Assembly: GCF_042671975.1 (NCBI RefSeq)
Contig: NZ_JBHXWI010000006.1
Coordinates: forward strand, 61,520-85,519
Direction: 5' to 3'
Source of the DNA: Rhodococcus sp. NPDC127593
GTDB taxonomy: Bacteria > Actinomycetota > Actinomycetes > Mycobacteriales > Mycobacteriaceae
DNA length: 24,000 bases
Shown one piece after another: positions 7,670 through 14,432 of the stretch; within the stretch, counting starts at the first letter, position 1; the number at the start of each line of letters is the position of its first letter. Below the pieces are notes generated by a model. It was not told the origin of the DNA. It ran no database searches and saw only the letters and a program-made list of their open reading frames with translations. The translations under genes and the position numbers were made by a program.

Positions 7670-8248
7670 ATGCACGCACGAACGAAGGACGAGTGGCGGC
7701 AACTGGTGCTCTCCGGGCGGCGCGCGCTGACCCCCGAACGCCGCACCGCCGAGGACCGGGCGCTTGTCGCGCTCGTCACACAGGGAATCTCCTGCGGATC
7801 GACCGTCTGCGCCTACGTTCCCACCGCGCTCGAGCCGGGATCGCTGGACTTTCTCGACGCCCTCCGACAGGTCGCCGGACGCGTCCTCGTGCCCGTCACG
7901 CGCGAACCGGGTCCGCTCCACTGGTCCGAGTTCACGGGCGCGGACGGTCTCGCCGACGCGAGTTACGGCCTGCGCGAGCCGACCGGACCGGTGTGGGAAC
8001 CCGACGAGATCCGTTCGGCCGGGACCATTTTCGTTCCCGCCCTGGCCGTCGACAGGAGGGGCGTGCGCCTCGGCCGCGGCGCCGGCTTCTACGACCGGAC
8101 TCTCGGCCTCGCCGCCCCCTACACACGGCTGATCACGGTGGTCCGCGACGAGGAACTGGTATCCGAGCTGCCCGAGGACCCCCATGACGTACGTATGGGA
8201 TGGGCACTCACCCCCGGAAAGGGCCTCGTCGCGCTCGGCGAACACTGA
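7670..8248 (+). CDS. 5-formyltetrahydrofolate cyclo-ligase
   Basis: 192 aa with ...LVPVT...YGLREP...IFVPALAVDRRGVRLGRGAGFYDRTL, characteristic 5-FCL motifs. It is divergent from galU. Confidence 0.85.
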   Translation: MHARTKDEWRQLVLSGRRALTPERRTAEDRALVALVTQGISCGSTVCAYVPTALEPGSLDFLDALRQVAGRVLVPVTREPGPLHWSEFTGADGLADASYGLREPTGPVWEPDEIRSAGTIFVPALAVDRRGVRLGRGAGFYDRTLGLAAPYTRLITVVRDEELVSELPEDPHDVRMGWALTPGKGLVALGEH

Positions 8249-8353
8249 GGACGCTTCCGGCCCCGGAATAGTTCTCTGATTAGCCTTGTTGGCACTGTCG
8301 ACTGTAGAGTGCTAAAAACCTGCGGTTTGACTACACAGTGCGGAGGAACCCCG

Positions 8354-8662
8354 GTGCCCACTTACTCATATGCGTGCACGGCATGCGACAACCGTTTCGA
8401 CATCGTCCAGTCGTTCAGTGATGACTCCCTGACCGTCTGCCCCGCATGCTCGGGCAAGCTTCGCAAACTGTTCAACTCCGTCGGCATCGTCTTCAAGGGC
8501 AGCGGTTTCTACCGCACCGACAGCCGCGGCACGTCCGGCGCAGCAAGCGAGCCGGCCAAGACCGACTCCGCTCCCGCCGCGAAGTCGGAAAGTTCGTCGA
8601 CGGCCTCGTCCAGCTCTTCGAGCACCGCAACCGCCGCACCGGCCAAGGCTGCTGCCAGCTAG
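8354..8662 (+). CDS. FmdB-family zinc-ribbon putative regulatory protein
   Basis: GTG 8354 lies 7 nt after GGAGG. The N-terminus (V/M)PTYSYACTACDNRFDIVQSFSDDSLTVCPACSGKLRKLF has the CxxC...CxxC pattern, followed by a Ser/Ala-rich tail. Confidence 0.8.
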   Translation: MPTYSYACTACDNRFDIVQSFSDDSLTVCPACSGKLRKLFNSVGIVFKGSGFYRTDSRGTSGAASEPAKTDSAPAAKSESSSTASSSSSSTATAAPAKAAAS

Positions 8663-8707
8663 TTCTCGCACCTCCGCGAGTTATCCACAACTTCTCGCCC
8701 ATCCACA

Positions 8708-8740
8708 GGCGGGCCCATTCGGTGCACCCACGGGCCCGCC
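8708..8740 (+). terminator. GC-rich stem-loop after fmdB (no T-tract)
   Basis: ggcgggccc (8708-8716) pairs with gggcccgcc (8732-8740) across a 15-nt loop. Confidence 0.35.
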
Positions 8741-8759
8741 GGTCTCCTAGCGTCGAACC

Positions 8760-9473
8760 ATGTCGTTCGACCCTGTCCAGACCGGTCGCCGCCGGTCGAA
8801 CCGAGCACACCGCAGCCTGAGCCCGTCGTGGGCCGACCGGCTGTCGGACCTCGCCCATCCCGGTTGGGCCCGCACCCTCGTCGCCCGACGCGTCCTGGCC
8901 GCCGCGCTGGTCTGCCTCGCACTGGCCCTCCTCGCCCGTGGAGACCCCGACTCCGCCCGCTCCGCAGTCGTGGTGGCCGCCCGGGACCTCCAACCAGGCG
9001 TCGTTCTCACGGACGCCGACGTGGAAGTGGTGGAACTCGAAGCGGGAACCCTGCCCCACGGGGCCGTCACCGCAGTGGCGGACGTCGACGGGCGCACCCT
9101 CGCCGGACCGACCCGCGCCGGTGAAGCCCTCACCGACGTCCGGGTACTGGGCCCCCGCCTGGCCGCCGCCGCAGCCGGCATTGACGACGCCCGGATCGTC
9201 CCAGTCCGACTCGCCGACCCCGCTGTCACGGAACTTCTGCGTGAGGGCGATCGCGTCGACGTGCTCACGGTCGATCCCGCCACACCAGCGAATCCGGACC
9301 GGCGGTCCGGCGCCACCGTGCTGGCGTCCCGCGCCGTCGTGGTGTTGGTGACACCGTCCGAGAACGGGCGTGACCAGCGAGAACGCGTGGTGATGCTGGC
9401 CCTTCCGGCGTCCGAGGCCACGACGGTGGCCGCGGCATCCCTCACGAGCGCGATCACCGTGACCTTTCAGTGA
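8760..9473 (+). CDS. SAF-domain membrane protein (CpaB/RcpC-like)
   Basis: 237 aa. A basic N-terminus and one TM (VLAAALVCLALALLA) are followed by VVVAARDLQPGVVLTDADVEVVELEAGTLPHGAV, which looks like a SAF beta-clip. Confidence 0.6.
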   Translation: MSFDPVQTGRRRSNRAHRSLSPSWADRLSDLAHPGWARTLVARRVLAAALVCLALALLARGDPDSARSAVVVAARDLQPGVVLTDADVEVVELEAGTLPHGAVTAVADVDGRTLAGPTRAGEALTDVRVLGPRLAAAAAGIDDARIVPVRLADPAVTELLREGDRVDVLTVDPATPANPDRRSGATVLASRAVVVLVTPSENGRDQRERVVMLALPASEATTVAAASLTSAITVTFQ

Positions 9474-9556
9474 TCCGTCACGCGGAGCCGTACTGATCTA
9501 GTCTTTTTTGCCAGACAGTGCTGGATGACTTGCCACCCACTCGAGGAGACGTCGAC

Positions 9557-10024
9557 ATGTTCAAGGGATTCAAGGACTTCCTGCTCCGGGGGAACGTCCT
9601 CGACCTCGCCGTCGCGGTCGTAGTCGGAGCCGCGTTCACCGCCATCGTCACAGCGTTCACCAACAACGTCATCAATCCGCTGATCGCCGTTGCGGGCGGC
9701 GCCAACGATCTGGGCTGGGGTTACCAGATTATCGCCGACAACCCGGCCACCTTCATCAACATCGGCGCCGTCATCACGGCTGTGATCAACTTCGTGATCG
9801 TCGCAGCGGTCGTGTACTTCATTCTCATCGTCCCGGCCAACGCCGCGAAGAAGCGGTTCATCACCGAGCCGGCCGACAAGAAGGCCAGTGAGGCGGACCT
9901 GCTGATCCAGATCCGCGACATCCTCGAGGCCAGCCTCCAAACCGGCGGGGCGGCAGCCAGTTCCGACGGTGCGCACGCCATGCCCGCCGAGAAGGCGGCG
10001 AACCTCGACAAGACGCGCGAATAG
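9557..10024 (+). CDS. mscL: large-conductance mechanosensitive channel
   Basis: ATG 9557 follows GAGGAG. The N-terminus MFKGFKDFLLRGNVLDLAVAVVVGAAFTAIVTAFTNNVINPLIA is canonical MscL. Confidence 0.9.
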   Translation: MFKGFKDFLLRGNVLDLAVAVVVGAAFTAIVTAFTNNVINPLIAVAGGANDLGWGYQIIADNPATFINIGAVITAVINFVIVAAVVYFILIVPANAAKKRFITEPADKKASEADLLIQIRDILEASLQTGGAAASSDGAHAMPAEKAANLDKTRE

Positions 10025-10036
10025 CGTTCAGACAAC

Positions 10037-10073
10037 TCCGGGCCCGTGCAGCAGCTGCGTGCACGGGCCCGGA
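10037..10073. terminator. bidirectional terminator hairpin between mscL (+) and porin A1 (-)
   Basis: A 13-bp perfect stem, ccgggcccgtgca (10038-10050) with tgcacgggcccgg (10060-10072), encloses a 9-nt loop. CTCTTTGG follows on the + strand. Confidence 0.6.
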
Positions 10074-10092
10074 CTCTTTGGTGGAACGAATA

Positions 10093-10770
10093 TCAGCCGA
10101 TGCTGAAGGGCTGTCCCCACAGGGTGACGGTGCTGCTCACGTTGTCCGTCTCGACGGACACGTTCACGTACGACCGTGCCTGCGCGTAACCGGCGCAGCC
10201 GTTCACGCCGAGGGTCGAGTCGGCCCAGGTGACCGAACCGTCGGTACCCTCGAAGCTGTTGTATGCCGAGTGCGACTCTCCGCCGTAGGCGTCGGCCGAC
10301 TCGAGGTCGAGGATGTCGACGCTGACGGCCTCACCGGGGCCGAGGGTGATACCCGCGCTCGTGCCGCCGTCGACAGGAACCGAAACGGTACCGTCAGCAT
10401 TCACCACCGGAGTCGAGCCGGCTTCACCGCCTGCCTCCGCACCGAAGTCGACCTGGCAGGCCAGGACGTAACCCGGCTGGATGTCGGCACCGGTCGCTCC
10501 GGCGCCGTCCAGGTGGACGGAGGCCTTGCCGTTGACCCAGACGTTACGGTGCAACGGAGTCGAACCCATCGACGGCGAAACGTTCGCGCTCTCATCGGTC
10601 AGGTTCACCGTCACCACGGTGCCGTCAGCCAACGTCTGCGTGATCGAACCACCAGGCAGCGGAATGAACGTGTCGGCGCTCGCCGCACCGACGGAAAAGA
10701 AGCCCATGGTCGCGGCAGCAGCGGCACCGACCGCGGCCAGACGCACACCGTTCTTACGGTTGATGATCAT
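10093..10770 (-). CDS. MspA-family porin, paralog A1 (acidic variant)
   Basis: ATG 10770 follows GAGAGGGGAA. The signal peptide is MIINRKNGVRLAAVGAAAAATMGFFSVGAASA|DTFIPLPGG. The mature part is about 193 aa and ends TLWGQPFSIG (compare the MspA end ...TYGEPWNMN). The track's 315-aa version would overlap the upstream gene. Confidence 0.8.
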   Translation of the reverse strand: MIINRKNGVRLAAVGAAAAATMGFFSVGAASADTFIPLPGGSITQTLADGTVVTVNLTDESANVSPSMGSTPLHRNVWVNGKASVHLDGAGATGADIQPGYVLACQVDFGAEAGGEAGSTPVVNADGTVSVPVDGGTSAGITLGPGEAVSVDILDLESADAYGGESHSAYNSFEGTDGSVTWADSTLGVNGCAGYAQARSYVNVSVETDNVSSTVTLWGQPFSIG

Positions 10771-11544
10771 TGTTCCCCTCTCAGGGATAGAAACCTCGCG
10801 CACGCGAGAAAGTGGGTGGGAAGAACTGCGAAAGAGACCGAAATCAGCCGATGCTGAACGGCGCACCGTACAGAACGGTCTTCGAGTAGTCGTTGCCCAC
10901 GATCTCCACGACCGAGTACGAACGAGCCTGCGCGAATCCACCGCACTTCTGCACCTGCAGCTCCGCATCCTGGTACTGCAGCGCGTACACGCCGTCCTTC
11001 TTGATGTCCTTGCCACCCAACGGCACGTACTTGATCTCACCCGAAGCCAACGGAACCGTCAGACCCGCACTCGCCGACAACGAATCGAGACCCAGACTGA
11101 ACGACGGGTTCGCCGACAGACCGGTGATATCCACCTGGCAACCCACGATGTACCCGGTCGACACCCGCGAAACACCATGCGTCGTCGACGCATTCGTACC
11201 GTTGTAGGTACCCGCATTGTTCGTCGTCGAGTTCGCGTCCGGAACGTCGGTGACGTCCTTGATGCCCTTGACATCGGCAACGACGGTGCCCGACACCCAG
11301 GCCACACGACCGACGCCATTGGCAGCCAGCGACGGCGACGACAGAGCGCTCTCCGCAGTACGCGTCAACGTCACATTCGGACCGGCCTTCGAACCATCAG
11401 GCAGCGGGATGAAAGTATCCGCGCTCGCCGCACCAGTGGACATCAAACCGAGTGCAACAGCCGCAGCAGCACCCAGGCCTGCAATACGGGCGCCACGGCG
11501 CAGGCCGGACTTGCGGTTCTCGCTCATTCGTTCCCCTCATCAGG
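10516..11544. repeat. direct repeat copy 1 (1,029 bp, perfect)
   Basis: A block-by-block comparison with 12196-13224 found no mismatch. It covers the first 255 nt of gene A, the A-B spacer, all of gene B and 17 nt upstream of B. Confidence 0.9.
10844..11527 (-). CDS. MspA-family porin, paralog B1
   Basis: 227 aa. RBS GAGGGGAA precedes the start. The signal peptide is MSENRKSGLRRGARIAGLGAAAAVALGLMSTGAASA|DTFIPLPDG, and the protein ends VLYGAPFSIG. Confidence 0.8.
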   Translation of the reverse strand: MSENRKSGLRRGARIAGLGAAAAVALGLMSTGAASADTFIPLPDGSKAGPNVTLTRTAESALSSPSLAANGVGRVAWVSGTVVADVKGIKDVTDVPDANSTTNNAGTYNGTNASTTHGVSRVSTGYIVGCQVDITGLSANPSFSLGLDSLSASAGLTVPLASGEIKYVPLGGKDIKKDGVYALQYQDAELQVQKCGGFAQARSYSVVEIVGNDYSKTVLYGAPFSIG

Positions 11545-11663
11545 CGTGGTTGCTCCGACCTTCGGAGAAGACCTACGACCTAGCGAGGTCCAAAGTTAGA
11601 GCATTCGAGTCTGAAACGTAATATCCGGAACGGTGCATTTACGTAAGTGTTACCAGACATAAA

Positions 11664-11737
11664 GGCGCGTTATTTGCGCGTAATAGCGCATTTTTGACGC
11701 GCCAAAAATCGGGGCGCGAGTATTACCGCGCCCCGAT
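11664..11737 (-). terminator. two tandem intrinsic terminators after porin A2
   Basis: Read on the minus strand. Hairpin 1 is ATCGGGGCGCG-GTAATACT-CGCGCCCCGAT (11737-11708), followed by TTTTGG. Hairpin 2 (11703-11664) pairs GGCGCGT with ACGCGCC, contains a nested TGCGC/GCGCA stem, and is followed by TTTAT. Confidence 0.7.
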
Positions 11738-11772
11738 TCCGGGTAATTCCTACTTGTTTATGGAGAAAGCAA

Positions 11773-12450
11773 TCAGCCGATGCTGAAGGGCTGTCCCCAC
11801 AGGGTGACCGTGCTGCTGACGTTGTCGGTGCTGACGGCAACCTTGACGTAGCTGCGCGCCTGGGCGTAGCCGGCGCAACCGCTCACTCCGAGGGTCGAGT
11901 CGGCCCAGGTGACCGAACCGGTCTTGCCCGTGAACTTGTTGGCACCGGAGTGCGACTCGGCGCCGTAGGCGTCCTTCTTCTCGAGGTCGAGAATCGTGAC
12001 GTTCTTCGCCTGGCCGGGGCCGAGGGTGATTCCGGCGCCGGTGGCACCCGTGACCGGAATAGAGACGGTGCCGTCGTCGGCGACGGACGGCGTCGAGCCC
12101 GTCTTGCCGTTGGCGCTGGCACCGAAGTCGACCTGGCAGGCCAGGACGTAACCCGGGGTGATCGAGGCTCCCTTGGCTCCGGCGCCGTCCAGCGTGACGG
12201 AGGCCTTGCCGTTGACCCAGACGTTACGGTGCAACGGAGTCGAACCCATCGACGGCGAAACGTTCGCGCTCTCATCGGTCAGGTTCACCGTCACCACGGT
12301 GCCGTCAGCCAACGTCTGCGTGATCGAACCACCAGGCAGCGGAATGAACGTGTCGGCGCTCGCCGCACCGACGGAAAAGAAGCCCATGGTCGCGGCAGCA
12401 GCGGCACCGACCGCGGCCAGACGCACACCGTTCTTACGGTTGATGATCAT
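11773..12450 (-). CDS. MspA-family porin, paralog A2 (near-neutral variant)
   Basis: Same start context and the same first 84 residues as A1. The C-terminal 141 residues differ at 32 positions by hand alignment. Confidence 0.8.
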   Translation of the reverse strand: MIINRKNGVRLAAVGAAAAATMGFFSVGAASADTFIPLPGGSITQTLADGTVVTVNLTDESANVSPSMGSTPLHRNVWVNGKASVTLDGAGAKGASITPGYVLACQVDFGASANGKTGSTPSVADDGTVSIPVTGATGAGITLGPGQAKNVTILDLEKKDAYGAESHSGANKFTGKTGSVTWADSTLGVSGCAGYAQARSYVKVAVSTDNVSSTVTLWGQPFSIG

Positions 12451-13224
12451 TGTTCCCCTCTCAGGGATAGAAACCTCGCGCACGCGAGAAAGTGGGTGGG
12501 AAGAACTGCGAAAGAGACCGAAATCAGCCGATGCTGAACGGCGCACCGTACAGAACGGTCTTCGAGTAGTCGTTGCCCACGATCTCCACGACCGAGTACG
12601 AACGAGCCTGCGCGAATCCACCGCACTTCTGCACCTGCAGCTCCGCATCCTGGTACTGCAGCGCGTACACGCCGTCCTTCTTGATGTCCTTGCCACCCAA
12701 CGGCACGTACTTGATCTCACCCGAAGCCAACGGAACCGTCAGACCCGCACTCGCCGACAACGAATCGAGACCCAGACTGAACGACGGGTTCGCCGACAGA
12801 CCGGTGATATCCACCTGGCAACCCACGATGTACCCGGTCGACACCCGCGAAACACCATGCGTCGTCGACGCATTCGTACCGTTGTAGGTACCCGCATTGT
12901 TCGTCGTCGAGTTCGCGTCCGGAACGTCGGTGACGTCCTTGATGCCCTTGACATCGGCAACGACGGTGCCCGACACCCAGGCCACACGACCGACGCCATT
13001 GGCAGCCAGCGACGGCGACGACAGAGCGCTCTCCGCAGTACGCGTCAACGTCACATTCGGACCGGCCTTCGAACCATCAGGCAGCGGGATGAAAGTATCC
13101 GCGCTCGCCGCACCAGTGGACATCAAACCGAGTGCAACAGCCGCAGCAGCACCCAGGCCTGCAATACGGGCGCCACGGCGCAGGCCGGACTTGCGGTTCT
13201 CGCTCATTCGTTCCCCTCATCAGG
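12196..13224. repeat. direct repeat copy 2 (1,029 bp, perfect)
   Basis: Identical to 10516-11544. The period is 1,680 bp. Confidence 0.9.
12524..13207 (-). CDS. MspA-family porin, paralog B2 (100% identical to B1)
   Basis: The nucleotide sequence is identical to 10844-11527 at an offset of 1,680 bp. Confidence 0.8.
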   Translation of the reverse strand: MSENRKSGLRRGARIAGLGAAAAVALGLMSTGAASADTFIPLPDGSKAGPNVTLTRTAESALSSPSLAANGVGRVAWVSGTVVADVKGIKDVTDVPDANSTTNNAGTYNGTNASTTHGVSRVSTGYIVGCQVDITGLSANPSFSLGLDSLSASAGLTVPLASGEIKYVPLGGKDIKKDGVYALQYQDAELQVQKCGGFAQARSYSVVEIVGNDYSKTVLYGAPFSIG

Positions 13225-13436
13225 ATTCATGCAAGTTCCCAGCCCCGACGATCGAAGCTGAGGAGTGGTCCATTTCGGGCCCAGCGCAGTATTCGCAGCA
13301 AAGGTGTCCGCAGAGTTAACTGCGGACGACCAGTTGCCGGAATTTCGACACTAGAGACAAACCTCACAAGGAGGCTCGTCCGGGCAACGACGTGGCACCA
13401 CGCCCCGCCCTCCATCTTCGTACTGACTCGTCAGGG

Positions 13437-13465
13437 ACATTAACCCGAGCTAAGAACCTGGGCAA
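13437..13465 (-). promoter_or_regulatory. candidate sigma-A-type promoter for the B2-A2 porin operon
   Basis: On the minus strand: TTGCCC (13465-13460), a 17-nt spacer, then TAATGT (13442-13437). This would give a leader of about 220 nt. It is a pattern match only. Confidence 0.3.
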
Positions 13466-13645
13466 CGTGATCAGCTCGTGACGCAATTGTGATGTGCCTC
13501 ACAAAGTTGAAAACGAAACATTACCTACGGGTAGCCCCGCTTTGGATTCTCGTGAACGAAAGCGGCCGTACCAGTAGTTTTCCGAGCGCAATTTTTTCCG
13601 TTACTGCCGACAACACTTAGATTCATCCAGATTTCAATCAGGCGT

Positions 13646-13867
13646 CTACCCGTGATGAGGGGGAACCTGACGCCGAATCCACTCCTCGGACTCATTGCGT
13701 TTGTCCACATACTGAGATGCCTCGTCCTGTCCGCGTTCGTCCGCGGTGGTGTCGGGGAAGACGTCCCCGAAGATGCGTTCGAGCCGGGCCCTGTCGATCG
13801 GGGCCCGGCTCGGAACTGCCTGCTCGTCGGGCTCGCTGTGCGAGTCCGGCTCGTCGGAACGAGAAAT
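13646..13867 (-). CDS. small acidic protein ending ...EEWIRRQVPPHHG; no canonical start codon (tentative ATT start)
   Basis: The frame is open from 13900 to TAG 13648-13646. The translation ISRSDEPDSHSEPDEQAVPSRAPIDRARLERIFGDVFPDTTADERGQDEASQYVDKRNESEEWIRRQVPPHHG is protein-like. GGAAGG lies 8 nt upstream of ATT 13867, which is 4 nt after the moaB stop. The only ATG/GTG/TTG in frame is GTG 13708, which would give 20 aa. Confidence 0.4.
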   Translation of the reverse strand: MSRSDEPDSHSEPDEQAVPSRAPIDRARLERIFGDVFPDTTADERGQDEASQYVDKRNESEEWIRRQVPPHHG

Positions 13868-13871
13868 CGTC

Positions 13872-14432
13872 TCAGCCTTCCAGACCGGACAATTCGGAAA
13901 TCACGTGCGCCGCGAGCGGCGTCAGGGTGGCCATGCCGTCCCGGACCGCGGCGCGGGAGGAAGCGAGGTTTACCACGAGTGTGCTGCCGGACACTCCGGC
14001 GAGCCCGCGGGAGAGGCCCGCGTCGAGCGAACCGGCGGCGAGACCGGAAGACCGGAGGGCCTCCGAGATTCCAGGAATCTCGCGGTCGAGGACCTCGGCG
14101 GTGACATCGGGGGCGACGTCACGCGGCGACACGCCGGTACCGCCGACGGAGACGACGAGGTCGACGCCTCCGATGACGGCGGTGTTGAGCGCGTTGCGGA
14201 TCTCCACCTCGTCGGCCGCCACCGCCACGATGGCGTCGACGATGAAGCCGGCCTCGTTCAGCAGTTCTGTCACCAGGGGCCCGATGGAGTCCTTGCCGTC
14301 ACCGTGAGCGGTGCGGTCGTCGACGATTACCACCAGCGCGCGGCCGGCCAGCGAGGCTTCGATTTCCATGGTCCCTACCGTAGTGGCCCCGTTCAGAACA
14401 GACTCGACCTGCCCGAGAATCCCCGTGTTCAT
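13872..14432 (-). CDS. moaB: MogA/MoaB-family molybdenum cofactor biosynthesis protein
   Basis: Contains ...ALVVIVDDRTAHG...DLVVSVGGTGVSPRDVAPDV...GLSRGLAGVSGSTLVVNLASS. ATG 14432 overlaps the pepD stop (TGATG). An alternative start is ATG 14369. Confidence 0.8.
   Translation of the reverse strand: MNTGILGQVESVLNGATTVGTMEIEASLAGRALVVIVDDRTAHGDGKDSIGPLVTELLNEAGFIVDAIVAVAADEVEIRNALNTAVIGGVDLVVSVGGTGVSPRDVAPDVTAEVLDREIPGISEALRSSGLAAGSLDAGLSRGLAGVSGSTLVVNLASSRAAVRDGMATLTPLAAHVISELSGLEG

Noticed and set aside
8681-8707. A perfect E. coli-type DnaA box TTATCCACA (8681-8689), with a second ATCCACA at 8701-8707.
   Set aside because: There are only two boxes, with no AT-rich unwinding element and no dnaA/dnaN context. 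They lie in a short fmdB-SAF spacer, so this is most likely chance or at best a minor DnaA titration site, not an origin.
10795-10808. A short GC hairpin (ctcgcg-ca-cgcgag) followed by TTTCT on the minus strand between porins B and A, also at 12475..12488, considered as an intercistronic attenuator that sets B:A stoichiometry.
   Set aside because: The usable stem is only 5-6 bp with a minimal loop. That is too weak to call a terminator from sequence alone.
10771-11040. The 90-codon N-terminal extension of the 315-aa track ORFs for porins A1 and A2 (MRSSTCRWVARTSRR...). The same applies at 12451..12720.
   Set aside because: The extension overlaps the 3' end of the upstream porin B gene in another frame, is Arg/Cys/Ser-rich, and has no RBS. 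An internal ATG (10770 / 12450) with a GAGAGGGGAA RBS gives a normal signal peptide.
10000-13300. A mobile-element origin (composite transposon or IS-mediated) for the porin duplication.
   Set aside because: No transposase-like ORF or terminal inverted repeats were seen at the repeat boundaries. The junctions fall inside a gene and 17 nt upstream of a start codon, which fits homologous recombination or gene conversion better.
13227-13415. A 62-aa ORF (MEGGAWCHVV...) in the porin B2 leader, considered as a gene or regulatory uORF.
   Set aside because: GC3 is only about 59% by hand count, against about 80-90% for real genes here. There is no RBS and the composition is not protein-like.
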